From Terriglobia bacterium (GTDB lineage: Bacteria; Acidobacteriota; Polarisedimenticolia; Polarisedimenticolales; JAIQFR01), in NCBI GenBank assembly GCA_963748015.1, contig CAVVHE010000004.1, positions 960,001 to 1,024,000 on the forward strand: a stretch of 64,000 nucleotides of DNA, read 5' to 3'. Under the pieces are notes generated by a model, which saw only the letters and a program-made list of their open reading frames with translations, did not search any database and had not been told where the DNA came from. The translations under genes were made by a program, and so were the position numbers. Shown here one piece after another: positions 51,244 through 60,935 of the stretch; the stretch's first letter is position 1; the number at the start of each line of letters is the position of its first letter.

Positions 51244-51321
51244 GCGGGGCGCGAGACCGGAAGCGTCCGTAGCCGGCCCTTTTCCGGGCCGGCGAGGAAC
51301 GCTTCCGGTCTCGCGCCCCGC
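51244..51321. repeat. REP-like hairpin element between convergent genes
   Basis: GCGGGGCGCGAGACCGGAAGCGTCC-GTAG-CCGGCCC-TTTTCC-GGGCCGG-CGA-GGAACGCTTCCGGTCTCGCGCCCCGC; same core as 8798-8860. Confidence 0.72.
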
Positions 51322-51387
51322 GGTGGTAACACGGGCAGCGCTAGTCCCTTTCCGCCGGCTCCTCGCTGTGGCTTCGATGAGCTCGCT

Positions 51388-52107
51388 CTAGTCGAGAACG
51401 TCGCGGACGCGTTTGCCCGTCCGCGAGAGGAAGCGGTCGGCCAGCGACGGAAGGTCGCCGCTCGGGCGGTCCAGGAGGAGACGCTCGACGCGGTGCATCG
51501 GGAAGAACAGGACGGACGGCCCCACCGCCGCAGCGTCCCCTCGCTCGACCTGCGCGGCCCAGTCGTCGAACGAGGCGAGGTCGATCCCCTCGAGGGTCAC
51601 GCCACTCGACTCCAGCGCGCGCAGCACTCCCCACATCCGCTCGTGCGGCTCGCGGAGATAGAGGAGCACGGGCTGCCCAGGGGCGATGCGCGAGCCGCCC
51701 GCCCCGGGCGGCGCCTCCGAGAACTCGATCAGCACGCCGCCGCAGGATCTCGGGTGCAGGAAAGCCACCCGTCTCCCGCCGGAGCCGGGACGCGCTCCGC
51801 CTCCGAGAATCTCCGCCCCCGCGCCCGCGGCGCGCTCGAGCGCGGCATCGAGGTCGTCCGCCTCGATCGTCAGATGGTGGAGGCCTTCCCCCCGGCGTTC
51901 CAGGTGGCGGGCGATCGCCGACTGCTCCTCGAGCGGCTCCAGCAGCTCCACTCGCGACTCTCCGGCGCGGAGGATCGCCACGCGCACCCCCTCGCTCGGC
52001 ACCGTCTCGATCCCCTCGAGCTCGAGGCCGAGCGCGTCCCTCCAGAGCGCCAAGCGCTCGTCGAGGCTCCGCACGGCGATCCCCACGTGGTCGAGCTTCC
52101 GGCTCAT
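51388..52107 (-). CDS. mce: Methylmalonyl-CoA epimerase fused to a C-terminal domain of unknown function
   Basis: LDHVGIAV, ELLEP, GEGLHHL and FLHPRSCGGVLIEF (VOC fold), then about 95 extra residues. Confidence 0.88.
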   Translation of the reverse strand: MSRKLDHVGIAVRSLDERLALWRDALGLELEGIETVPSEGVRVAILRAGESRVELLEPLEEQSAIARHLERRGEGLHHLTIEADDLDAALERAAGAGAEILGGGARPGSGGRRVAFLHPRSCGGVLIEFSEAPPGAGGSRIAPGQPVLLYLREPHERMWGVLRALESSGVTLEGIDLASFDDWAAQVERGDAAAVGPSVLFFPMHRVERLLLDRPSGDLPSLADRFLSRTGKRVRDVLD

Positions 52108-53063
52108 CGCACCTCCACCCGGGAGAGAACCCGGTCGGCCGCGGTGTAGGGATCCGTCCGCCGCTCCGCGATCTCGTCCACGGCGGCCCGCAGGGCGTCC
52201 CCCGGGAGAACCCTCGCGAGGACGCCTCCCACGAGACGCTCGTACAGGATCGCGCGGAACCGCGCGTCCGCGCGCTCGCGCCGCCGCTCTCCTCGCCTCG
52301 CGGTGCCGGGCCCGCCGGCGAACCGGCGGATCCCTTCTTCGAGCTCGGCGACGCCTTCGTCCCGCACCGCGATCGTCCGGTAGATGGACGGCCTCGGCCG
52401 TCCGTCTTCCGGGACGAGCGCCATCATCGCCTGGAGGTCGGCCGCGAGGCGGTCCGCGTCGGGGCGGTCGGCCTTGTTGATCACGAAGAGATCGGCGATC
52501 TCGAGGATCCCCGCCTTGATCGCCTGGATGTCGTCCCCCATCCCCGGGACCAGGACCACGGCGACGACGTCCGCCGTCCGGGCGATCTCCACCTCGTCCT
52601 GGCCGACCCCCACCGTCTCCACCACGATCGGGTCGTACCCGGCGGCGTCCATCAGGTCGATGGCGTCGCCGGCGGCGCGGCTGAGACCGCCGAGGTGGCC
52701 GCGCGTCGCCATCGAGCGGATGAACACGCCGGGGTCGCTCGCGTGGTCCTGCATGCGCACCCGGTCGCCCAGGATCGCGCCCCCGGAATACGCGCTGCTC
52801 GGGTCCACCGCGATGACCCCCACGCGGCGCCCGGCGGCCCTCAGGCGCGCCACGAGCCGGTCCACGAGGGTCGACTTGCCGGCGCCGGGGGCTCCCGTCA
52901 CGCCGAGGATCGTCGCCGCACCGGCCAGCGGGAACGCCTCCCGCAGGATGGCGGGAGCCGAGGGCGCGAACTCCTCCACGAGGCTGATCGCGCGGGCGAG
53001 CGAGCGTACATCCCCTGCCGCGAGCCGGCGGACCAGGTCGGATCGGGCGTCCCCGTCTGCCAT
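52104..53063 (-). CDS. meaB: Methylmalonyl-CoA mutase-associated GTPase MeaB (start may be GTG at 53087)
   Basis: GAPGAGKST, AVDPSS, GGAILGDRVRM, ETVGVGQ and NKAD motifs. Confidence 0.95.
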   Translation of the reverse strand: MADGDARSDLVRRLAAGDVRSLARAISLVEEFAPSAPAILREAFPLAGAATILGVTGAPGAGKSTLVDRLVARLRAAGRRVGVIAVDPSSAYSGGAILGDRVRMQDHASDPGVFIRSMATRGHLGGLSRAAGDAIDLMDAAGYDPIVVETVGVGQDEVEIARTADVVAVVLVPGMGDDIQAIKAGILEIADLFVINKADRPDADRLAADLQAMMALVPEDGRPRPSIYRTIAVRDEGVAELEEGIRRFAGGPGTARRGERRRERADARFRAILYERLVGGVLARVLPGDALRAAVDEIAERRTDPYTAADRVLSRVEVR

Positions 53064-53083
53064 CCGTTCTCGCGGCGCGCCGG

Positions 53084-54229
53084 TCACAGGCTCGAGAGGA
53101 TTTCGCGAGCGATCACGAGGCGCTGGATCTCGCTCGTGCCCTCGCCGATCGTGCACAGCTTCACGTCCCGGTAGAACTTCTCCGCGGGAAAGTCCTTGAC
53201 GTAGCCGTAGCCGCCGAAGATCTGCAGGGCGCGGTCGGCGACGTAGACGCCGGCTTCCGACGCGTAGAGCTTCGCCATCGCGGACTCCCGGGTCGTCTTC
53301 ATCCCCTGGTCCTTCATCCACGCGGCGCGGTGGATCAGCAGGGCGGACGCGTCGATCCGCGTCGCCATCTCCGCGAGCATGAACTGGATCGCCTGGAACT
53401 CCGCGATCGCGCGCCCGAACTGCTGGCGCTCCTTCGCGTACTTCGCCGCCGCCTCGAAAGCCCCCCTCGCCATGCCGAGCGCGAGCGCCGCGATCGAGAT
53501 CCTGCCGCCGTCCAGGATCTTCATCGCGTCCACGAAGCCGTGGCCCCGCTCGCCGAGGAGCGCCGTGGCGCCGACGCGGCAGTCCTCCATGATCACCTCG
53601 GAGGTGTCCGAGGCGCGGAGGCCCATCTTGTCCTCCTTCTTGCCCGGCCGGAAGCCGGGGGTTCCCTTCTCGATCACGAACGCCGAGATCCCGTGCCTGC
53701 CCTTCTCCGGATCGGTCACCGCGAAGACGACGACGACGTCGCCCACCGAGCCGTGCGTGGTGAACGTCTTCGTCCCGTTCAGCACCCAGCCGTCGCCGTC
53801 CGCCCTGGCGACCGTGCGCGTCCCGGCGGCGTCGGAGCCCGCGGTCGGCTCGGTAAGGCTCCAGGCTCCGATCCAGCTACCCGACGCGAGAGGGACCACG
53901 TACTTCCGCTTCTGCTCCTCGGAGCCCGACTGGAAGATGTGGTTCGTGCAGAGGGAGTTGTGGGCCGCGACCGCGATGCCGATGGAGCCGTCCACCCGGG
54001 ACAGCTCCTCCACCGCGATCGCGTATTCCGTGTACCCCAGCCCGGCTCCCCCGTACTCCTCCGGGAAGATGATCCCCAGGAGGCCGAGCTCGCCCGCCTT
54101 GGCGAGGATCTCGCGGGGAAACTCCTGGGACTCGTCGTAGCGCCTGACGTGAGGCGCGATCTCCGTCTCCGCGAACTCCCGCACCGTACGGCGCAGCAAC
54201 TCTTGGTCGTCCCTGAGGCCGAAATCCAC
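53084..54229 (-). CDS. Acyl-CoA dehydrogenase
   Basis: [32 protein letters not shown] and [10 protein letters not shown] motifs. Confidence 0.95.
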   Translation of the reverse strand: MDFGLRDDQELLRRTVREFAETEIAPHVRRYDESQEFPREILAKAGELGLLGIIFPEEYGGAGLGYTEYAIAVEELSRVDGSIGIAVAAHNSLCTNHIFQSGSEEQKRKYVVPLASGSWIGAWSLTEPTAGSDAAGTRTVARADGDGWVLNGTKTFTTHGSVGDVVVVFAVTDPEKGRHGISAFVIEKGTPGFRPGKKEDKMGLRASDTSEVIMEDCRVGATALLGERGHGFVDAMKILDGGRISIAALALGMARGAFEAAAKYAKERQQFGRAIAEFQAIQFMLAEMATRIDASALLIHRAAWMKDQGMKTTRESAMAKLYASEAGVYVADRALQIFGGYGYVKDFPAEKFYRDVKLCTIGEGTSEIQRLVIAREILSSL

Positions 54230-54323
54230 TTGCTCCCCCTTTCAGCAATGTCCGAACAAATGGGAAGATTATATACGTGGCGCCGCGGCGCGGGTCGAGG
54301 CCTTTCGCCCGGAGCCCGCCGGC

Positions 54324-55370
54324 TCAGCGGCCCGCGCGCCCGACCTCCCGCAGGGCCGCGAGCGCCCTCTCGAGCCCCGGGTCGTCCACGTCGAGATGCG
54401 TGACGAAGCGCACGCGCCCCGGCCCCATGCCTCCCGCCAGCACCCCTCGCTCGCGTAGGGCCGCGAGAACCCCGTCCGCTGAGGCGGGAGGGGCCACCTC
54501 GGCGATGACGATGTTCGTCCTCACGGCCGCGGGATCGATCCGGAACGCCGGAAGCTCCGCGAGAGCCGCGGCGAGCCGCGACGCCCGGCGGTGGTCCTCG
54601 GCGAGCCGGTCCACGTGGTAGGTGAGCGCGTGGAGCCCCGCGGCGGCGAGAACGCCCGCTTGCCGCATGGCGCCGCCCATCCGCTTCCGCACGACCCGCG
54701 CCTCGGCCACGAGGGCCCGGCTCCCGCACAGCGCCGACCCGACCGGTGCCCCGAGCCCTTTCGAGAAGCAGAACATCACCGTGTCGAAGCCGCGCGCCAG
54801 CTCCGCCGCGGGGGCGCCGAGCGCCTCGGCGGCGTTGAAGATCCGCGCGCCGTCGAGATGCGCCGCCAGCCCGTGCCCCTTCGCGGCGGCGATCAGGGCA
54901 TCCTTCCGCGCGACCGGGAGCACGACACCGCCGCCGTGGTTGTGCGTGTTCTCGAGGACGAGTAGGGTCGCGCGGGCCATGTAGTAGGGTCCCGGTTTCG
55001 CCGCGGTCGCCACGGCCTCGGCGTCGAGAACGTAGCCCGGGCCCGAGAGCACGCGAGGCATCGCGCCGGACCACGCCGTCATCGCTCCCAGCTCGTAGTT
55101 GTAGACGTGGCTGCCGGCCTCGAGGATCACGTCCGTGCCGGGCCGGCTCAGGAGGTGGATCGCGATCTGGTTCCCCATCGTCCCGGTGGGCACGAAGATC
55201 GACGCCTCGTGGCCGAGGCGCCCCGCCGCCGCCTCTTCCAGCCGCCGGATCGTCGGGTCTTCGCCGTAGACGTCGTCGCCGACCTCCGCCTCAGCCATCG
55301 CTCGCCGCATCGCGTCGGTCGGCCGGGTCACCGTGTCGCTTCGAAGGTCCACGAACTCGCGATCGCTCAT
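54324..55370 (-). CDS. ltaE: Low-specificity L-threonine aldolase
   Basis: DLRSDTVT, GTMGNQ, LENTHN, HLDGARIFNA and FSKGLGAPVGS motifs. Confidence 0.93.
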   Translation of the reverse strand: MSDREFVDLRSDTVTRPTDAMRRAMAEAEVGDDVYGEDPTIRRLEEAAAGRLGHEASIFVPTGTMGNQIAIHLLSRPGTDVILEAGSHVYNYELGAMTAWSGAMPRVLSGPGYVLDAEAVATAAKPGPYYMARATLLVLENTHNHGGGVVLPVARKDALIAAAKGHGLAAHLDGARIFNAAEALGAPAAELARGFDTVMFCFSKGLGAPVGSALCGSRALVAEARVVRKRMGGAMRQAGVLAAAGLHALTYHVDRLAEDHRRASRLAAALAELPAFRIDPAAVRTNIVIAEVAPPASADGVLAALRERGVLAGGMGPGRVRFVTHLDVDDPGLERALAALREVGRAGR

Positions 55371-55395
55371 GTCGCTCTCCCCGCCGCTTCCCTCT

Positions 55396-56544
55396 TCAGA
55401 TCAGCTCGGCGAACAGCTCGTTGCTCCGCAGGCGCCCCCAGCGCGTCAGCCGGACCCGTGTGCCCGTGCGCTCGATCAGACCCGCGGACTCGGCCTTCTC
55501 CCACGTCTCACGGTGCTTGCGCTCGAGCTCGACACCGTGGGTTTCTTCGACGTCGAGCAGGTCGACTCCCGACGCGAGCCTCAGCCCCATGACGAGGGCC
55601 TCGGCCGCCCTGCGATCCGCATCGTACCCCTCGGCGGCGTCCACGGGGTCCTCCCCCGCCTCGAGCCGCGAGAGGTACGCGTCCAGGTCGCGAACGTTCG
55701 CGCGGCGCTCCCCCGCGAGGTGCGCGTGGGCGCCGACCCCGAACCCCGCGTAGGGGGCGTCGGTCCAGTACTTGATGTTGTGCCGGCTCTCGTGCCCCGG
55801 CTTCGCGAAATTCGAGATCTCGTAGGCCGCGAATCCCGCGTCCTCGAGGATGTCGACCGTCGTCCCGTACGCGTCGGCGAGGGCGTCGTCGTCCTCCGGC
55901 GCGATCCTCCCGGCCCGGAGCGCTCGGGTGAGCGGCGTGTCCTTGTCGGTCTCGAGCAGGTAGACGGAAACGTGGTCCGGCTCGAGCGCGACCGCCGCCT
56001 CGACGGTCCGCCCCCACGCCACGAGGCGCTCGCCCGGCAGCCCGGCGATCAGGTCGAGGCCGACCGACCGGAACCCGGCCTCGCGGGCCGCCTTCACCGC
56101 GGCGGCAGCCGACCGCGCGTCGTGGAGGCGCCCCACGCCGCGAAGCACGCCGTCGTCCAGCGACTGGACCCCCACGCACACGCGGTTGACGCCGGCGTCC
56201 CGGTACCCCTCGAGGTTGCCGGCCGACAGGCTCTCGGGATTCCCCTCGATCGTGATCTCGGCGCCCGGCGCGAGGTCGAACCGCTCCCCCAGCGCCCCGA
56301 GCAGCGCGCGGAGCTGCTTGGCACTCATCCGGGAGGGTGTTCCGCCGCCGACGTAGACCGTGTCCGCGACGCGCGGCGCCTTCGGCTGGAACGCGAGAAT
56401 CTCCCGCCGGAGCGCGCCAAGGTACGGCTCGATCCGGTCGTCCCTCCCGGCGACGGTGGCGAAATCGCAATACGAGCAGCGGGCCGCGCAGAACGGGAAG
56501 TGCACGTACACGCCCGCCGGGCCTCGGGGGGCGTGGAAGGGCAT
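55396..56544 (-). CDS. hemW: Radical SAM heme chaperone HemW
   Basis: YVHFPFCAARCSYCDF, GGGTPS, YEISNFA and HNIKYW motifs. Confidence 0.9.
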   Translation of the reverse strand: MPFHAPRGPAGVYVHFPFCAARCSYCDFATVAGRDDRIEPYLGALRREILAFQPKAPRVADTVYVGGGTPSRMSAKQLRALLGALGERFDLAPGAEITIEGNPESLSAGNLEGYRDAGVNRVCVGVQSLDDGVLRGVGRLHDARSAAAAVKAAREAGFRSVGLDLIAGLPGERLVAWGRTVEAAVALEPDHVSVYLLETDKDTPLTRALRAGRIAPEDDDALADAYGTTVDILEDAGFAAYEISNFAKPGHESRHNIKYWTDAPYAGFGVGAHAHLAGERRANVRDLDAYLSRLEAGEDPVDAAEGYDADRRAAEALVMGLRLASGVDLLDVEETHGVELERKHRETWEKAESAGLIERTGTRVRLTRWGRLRSNELFAELI

Positions 56545-57311
56545 CAAACCTTCCCCACCGTCTCGCCGGGCACCCACCCGTTCAGGCCGTTCGGGAGGCT
56601 GACCTGGATCCAGTCCTGCCGCTCCGCGCGGATCTCGAGCGCGAGCCCCTCGTGCACGGTGAACAGCACGGCGTTGTTCGTGCCGGGGCCCGCGCGCACC
56701 TCGACGGACGGCGCGAGGACGACCGCCAGGGGCGCGCCCTCGAGGCGGTCCCTCGTCGAGAGCCACGAGGCGCCCACGACCAGCAGGAGGAGGAGCAGGC
56801 TCGCGAGCACCCACCCCGCGGAGGCGTTCCACCCTCCGGGGCGCGCCGAGCGCCAGGCCACGAGTCCCGCGACGAGCCACACCAGGACGAGGAGGGCGAC
56901 GGCCTGGCGGTCCGGCCCGATTGCGTCCTGCAGGCTCCGGACGATGCGGATGGGAGCCGCCACCTCCGGCGCCTCGACGCGGTCGTAGCAGCGCCCACGG
57001 GCGAGCTCGAGGTTCGCGCGAATGTCGGCATCGGTCGGGTCGAGACGGCGCGCTCGCTCGAAGTGCAGGATCGCCTCCCCGAGCCGGCCGAGGCGGAACG
57101 CGGCGCAGCCGAGGTTGTACTCGGCTCGCCCGTCGCGTATTCCGTAGCGCAGGACGGTGCGATAGGCCTCGGCCGCCTCCTCGTAGCTCCCCTTTTCGAA
57201 CGCGGCGTTGCCGCGGGAGAAGGTCTCCTCCGGGGTCTCGGCGCGGGCGGGCGCCGCGGAAGCGAGCGCCAGCGCGAGCGCGCCCGCGGCGAAAAGGATC
57301 CGCCGCCTCAT
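56544..57311 (-). CDS. batE: BatE-like TPR plus SH3 domain protein
   Basis: Signal peptide, TPRs (YNLG, DIRANL), two TM segments and C-terminal SH3b (VRAGPG...HEG...GWV). Confidence 0.8.
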   Translation of the reverse strand: MRRRILFAAGALALALASAAPARAETPEETFSRGNAAFEKGSYEEAAEAYRTVLRYGIRDGRAEYNLGCAAFRLGRLGEAILHFERARRLDPTDADIRANLELARGRCYDRVEAPEVAAPIRIVRSLQDAIGPDRQAVALLVLVWLVAGLVAWRSARPGGWNASAGWVLASLLLLLLVVGASWLSTRDRLEGAPLAVVLAPSVEVRAGPGTNNAVLFTVHEGLALEIRAERQDWIQVSLPNGLNGWVPGETVGKV

Positions 57312-59137
57312 AGCGCCTTCTCGAGGAGGTCCACGATCTCTCGCGCTTCCTCCAGGGATTGCGTCTTCCGCTCGGCGCCGCCGGAGTCGGCGACGAAGCG
57401 GGCGAAGTCGCAGCTCTCGAGACAGGTCCGGTAGCGCTGCCGAAGCGCGGTGTCCACTCCCCGAGCGGCGAGCAGCTCGTCGGCCACGTCGTAGGTGAGT
57501 CCCGCCGGGGAGCGGTCGAACCGGTCGGCGACGTACTCGACGAGCGCGCGAGCCACGCCTTCGTGGAACGCGGCGGCGTCCGCGCCGCGGAGCCGGTGCT
57601 CGCTCGCCCTGAGGCGCTTCCTCGCCAGCCCACGCGCCCGCCGCGCTCGGAGGAGCCCGCGGTCCTGCGACAGGCGCGACCGGTAGCGGCCCACCCCGAT
57701 CGCCACCGGGACCAGTATCAGGGGAATCACGAGCAACGCCGTGAACGACGAGCGGCGGTCGAAACGGGGGTGGCCGATCGAGAGCTTCCCGCGAAGCGGC
57801 TTGATGAACGCGATGTCGGTCCGCTGCGCCTGCACCGCTCCCCGCGCCACCGGCTGCTCGGTCGGCCGGTCGCTCCTCCTCACGGAGATCAGCGTCGGCT
57901 CGCCGCGCAGTTCGCGGTAGGCGCCCGCCGCCGGGTCGAAGTAGGAGAAGCGGACCGCGGGGAGGCGAACCTCGCCGGGGGCGAGCGGCACGAGCACCCA
58001 CTCCCAGGTGCGCACCGAGCGGAGCTTCCCGCCCGGGGTGGATGCCGAGTCGGTGATCTTCGGCTCGAACACCTTGAGATCCGTGGGGGCGTCGAGCCGC
58101 GGCGGCGCCACCGATTGGAGCGAGCCTTCCCCCTCCACCGTCACCTTGAGCGCCACCGCGTCGTTGACCTGGACCTCCGTCCGGTCGAGCAGGGCCCTGA
58201 GCTTGAACGAGCCGACCGCGCCGCTGAACTCCGCCGGCTTCCCCGCCTCCGGCAGCGGCCGGATCCTGAGCCGGATGGGATCCGTCTTGCGGACCACCAC
58301 GCTGGCGCCGCCCCCCCTCAGGAAATCCTCGAAGAGGTCGCCCGATGGGCGCCGGATCTGCACCTGGGCCGCGAACGGATCGATCGTGATCTCGCCGGGG
58401 GAAGTGGGAACGAGGACCCTCCTGACGACCGGGTAGGCGCTGTATCGGCGCCCGCCGATGCCCGTCTGATAGCGCTCGGCATTCGCGTCGGTCGGGACCT
58501 CCTCCACCCAGAAATTCGAGAACGAGGGGAACCCCATCCAGGAAAGTCCGCGCACGTCGACTCCGGACGCGAAGAGCGTGACCGTCAGCGGCACCTGCTG
58601 GCGGACCCACACGTCCGTCGCACCCGCCTCGGCCTTGAGGAACGCGTCCGCGGTCCCGTCGGCCGCACGCTCCTCGTCCCCGGCCGCAGGGGGCGAGCGT
58701 CGCTGCGGCCCCGCCGGCGCGGTGATCCCGCGCTCGACCTCGAGGCGGATCGGCTCCGTGCGGCGGACGGCCGAGCCGATCCGCACGGCGATCGGCGGGA
58801 TCTCCGCCGGGCCCGGCCCGCCCGCCAGCAGCGTGTATCTCAGGACGACGCTGGCGTAGCGCCGGATCTGGAGACCCTGCATCTCGAACGACGCGCTCGT
58901 GGACTTGTTCGGTCCGTCGAGCACCCTCAGATTGATCAGCGGGGGGAGCTCGCGGACGGAGACGTCGTCCACCTCGCTTCCCTCGACCTGGATGATGAGG
59001 GCGATGGGCTGCGTGTCCGAGACGCGCCCTCGCGGCTCGACGAACGCGCGCAGGCGCAGGTCGTCCGCCGCCCCGGCCGGGAGCGCGGGGAGGACCAGCG
59101 CGAGCGCCAGCGCCGCGATCCAGTGTCGTGCGATCAC
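57308..59137 (-). CDS. batD: BatD family protein
   Basis: Signal peptide; FSGAVGSF, VEGEG and FSYFDP motifs; C-terminal TM segment and CDFARF. Confidence 0.85.
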   Translation of the reverse strand: MIARHWIAALALALVLPALPAGAADDLRLRAFVEPRGRVSDTQPIALIIQVEGSEVDDVSVRELPPLINLRVLDGPNKSTSASFEMQGLQIRRYASVVLRYTLLAGGPGPAEIPPIAVRIGSAVRRTEPIRLEVERGITAPAGPQRRSPPAAGDEERAADGTADAFLKAEAGATDVWVRQQVPLTVTLFASGVDVRGLSWMGFPSFSNFWVEEVPTDANAERYQTGIGGRRYSAYPVVRRVLVPTSPGEITIDPFAAQVQIRRPSGDLFEDFLRGGGASVVVRKTDPIRLRIRPLPEAGKPAEFSGAVGSFKLRALLDRTEVQVNDAVALKVTVEGEGSLQSVAPPRLDAPTDLKVFEPKITDSASTPGGKLRSVRTWEWVLVPLAPGEVRLPAVRFSYFDPAAGAYRELRGEPTLISVRRSDRPTEQPVARGAVQAQRTDIAFIKPLRGKLSIGHPRFDRRSSFTALLVIPLILVPVAIGVGRYRSRLSQDRGLLRARRARGLARKRLRASEHRLRGADAAAFHEGVARALVEYVADRFDRSPAGLTYDVADELLAARGVDTALRQRYRTCLESCDFARFVADSGGAERKTQSLEEAREIVDLLEKAL

Positions 59138-59880
59138 CAGTCCTCCGCGGGCTCCGACTCTTCCTGCTTCGCGCGCCGCTCCGCCTGCTTCTTGAGCGCC
59201 GCCTTCTCCTGCTCGCCCAGCGAATCGAGGAGGTTCTTGGCTTGCTCGGCGGTCATCCCGCCGGCCGGACGCCGATCCTTCCCGCCACGGTCCTTCTCGT
59301 CCTTCGGCTCCGGCCGCGGCGCCTGCTGTTGCGGCTCCTGGTCCTTCTTCTCGTCTTTCTTCTCGTCCCCGCCGCCCGCAGGCTGCTGTTCCTTCTTGTC
59401 CTTCCCCTGCTTCTGCTGCTGTTGCTGCTCGTCCTGCTCCTTCTGTTGCTGCTTCTTCTCCTCCGCCGCGCGCAGCGAGAGCTCGTAGTTCCGCTTCGCG
59501 TCCCGGTCCGCCGGAACGGACTCGAGCGTCCTCCGGTACGCCTTCGCGGCCTCGTCGTATTTCTCCTGCCGGAAGAGGGCGTTCCCGAGGTTATACGACA
59601 CGGAGGGCGCCAGGGTCGGGGGCGCCGAGAGAAGGGCGCGCGCGTACGCCTCCGCCGCCCCGTCCCACTTCTTCTGGCGATACAGGACGTTGCCGATGTC
59701 GTAGTGCAGCTCCGGCGCCTCCGGAGCGCCGACCTGCGCCTCGGTGTACGCGCGGAGGGCGTCGTCGAAGACCTTCTCCTCGTACTTGCGGTTCCCCTCC
59801 TCCGTCTTCCTGTGGACCGTCCCGCCGATCGGGAGCGAGAGCGCGGCCAGCGCGACCCCCGCGATCACCGCGTGCATCAT
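59134..59880 (-). CDS. batC: BatC-like TPR protein with Gln/Lys-rich tail
   Basis: YDIGNVLY, YNLGNALF, DAKRNYEL, a Q-rich linker and a terminal EDW. Confidence 0.8.
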   Translation of the reverse strand: MMHAVIAGVALAALSLPIGGTVHRKTEEGNRKYEEKVFDDALRAYTEAQVGAPEAPELHYDIGNVLYRQKKWDGAAEAYARALLSAPPTLAPSVSYNLGNALFRQEKYDEAAKAYRRTLESVPADRDAKRNYELSLRAAEEKKQQQKEQDEQQQQQKQGKDKKEQQPAGGGDEKKDEKKDQEPQQQAPRPEPKDEKDRGGKDRRPAGGMTAEQAKNLLDSLGEQEKAALKKQAERRAKQEESEPAEDW

Positions 59881-60935
59881 GCGCGCTCCTCCCGTCTCCT
59901 CCGCCACCAGGCTCTCGGGAGCCCTCGCCGATCGGACACGGCGGTGGCGGCGATGAGCGCCAGCAGCGCGAGCGACAAGGGAATCTGGAACCGCTCCTCG
60001 TATCTCGCCCTCATGACGGTGCCGAACTCCGAAGCGTCCATCCCGGCGATGTCCTTCGCGATGTCCTCCACCTCCCCCTCGGACGGGGCGGCGTCGAAGT
60101 AGCGTCCGCCGGTCGCGAGGGTGAGCTTCCCGAGCGTCTCGTCGTTCAAGCGGCTCGTGACGAGGCGTCCCTCGCGGTCCTTCTTGTACGAGGAGGGCCC
60201 GGCGCTCTCTCCCCCCTCGGGAACGGGCGCCCCGCGCCGCGTCCCGCAGCCGACGGCGAACACGCGAACTCCCGACTTCTCGAGGAGCCTCGCCGACTCG
60301 TCGATTCCCCCCTCGTGGTCCTCCCCGTCGCTGAAGAGGACGAGGGCCTTGCCCCGGACCTCCTTGGACGACGGCGGCCCGGCGCCGAAAGCGCGGACGG
60401 CGACCTCGGCGGCCTCGGCGACGGCGGTGCCGCGAGCGGACACCGCGCCCACCTCCACCGAGTCGAGGAACAGCCGGACGGCCTCGCTGTCCAGCGTCAG
60501 CGGGCAGGCGAGCGTGGCCTTGCCCGCGAAGGTCACGAGCCCGACGCGGTTTCCCCCCAGGCGCTTGAGCAGCGCGTCCGCCGCGTGCTTCGCCTGGCGC
60601 AGGCGGTCGGGAGGGGCGTCCTGGGCCGCCATGCTCAGCGACGTGTCGATGGCGATCACGACGTCCACACCCTTGCGGGTCACCGGCTCGAGCCGCGTTC
60701 CCCACTGCGGCCGCGCGGCCGCGACGATGCCCGCCGACGCCGCCACGAGGAGCAGCAGGACGCGGATCGCGCGCCGGTGCGGGCTCACCTGGTCCAGGAA
60801 TCTCGAGGCGTGCGCCGTCCCGCCGGCGAACTTCGCCAGCATGACCCGCCGCCGCGCCGCGAAGAAGATCGCCGCGCCCCCGCCGAGCGGGACCAGCAAC
60901 AGGAGGAAGAGGACCCACGCCTCGCCGAACCGCAT
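59877..60935 (-). CDS. batB: VWA domain protein BatB
   Basis: ARPQWG, MIDAS DTSLSM, CPLTLD and SDGEDHEG motifs. Confidence 0.85.
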   Translation of the reverse strand: MRFGEAWVLFLLLLVPLGGGAAIFFAARRRVMLAKFAGGTAHASRFLDQVSPHRRAIRVLLLLVAASAGIVAAARPQWGTRLEPVTRKGVDVVIAIDTSLSMAAQDAPPDRLRQAKHAADALLKRLGGNRVGLVTFAGKATLACPLTLDSEAVRLFLDSVEVGAVSARGTAVAEAAEVAVRAFGAGPPSSKEVRGKALVLFSDGEDHEGGIDESARLLEKSGVRVFAVGCGTRRGAPVPEGGESAGPSSYKKDREGRLVTSRLNDETLGKLTLATGGRYFDAAPSEGEVEDIAKDIAGMDASEFGTVMRARYEERFQIPLSLALLALIAATAVSDRRGLPRAWWRRRREERA

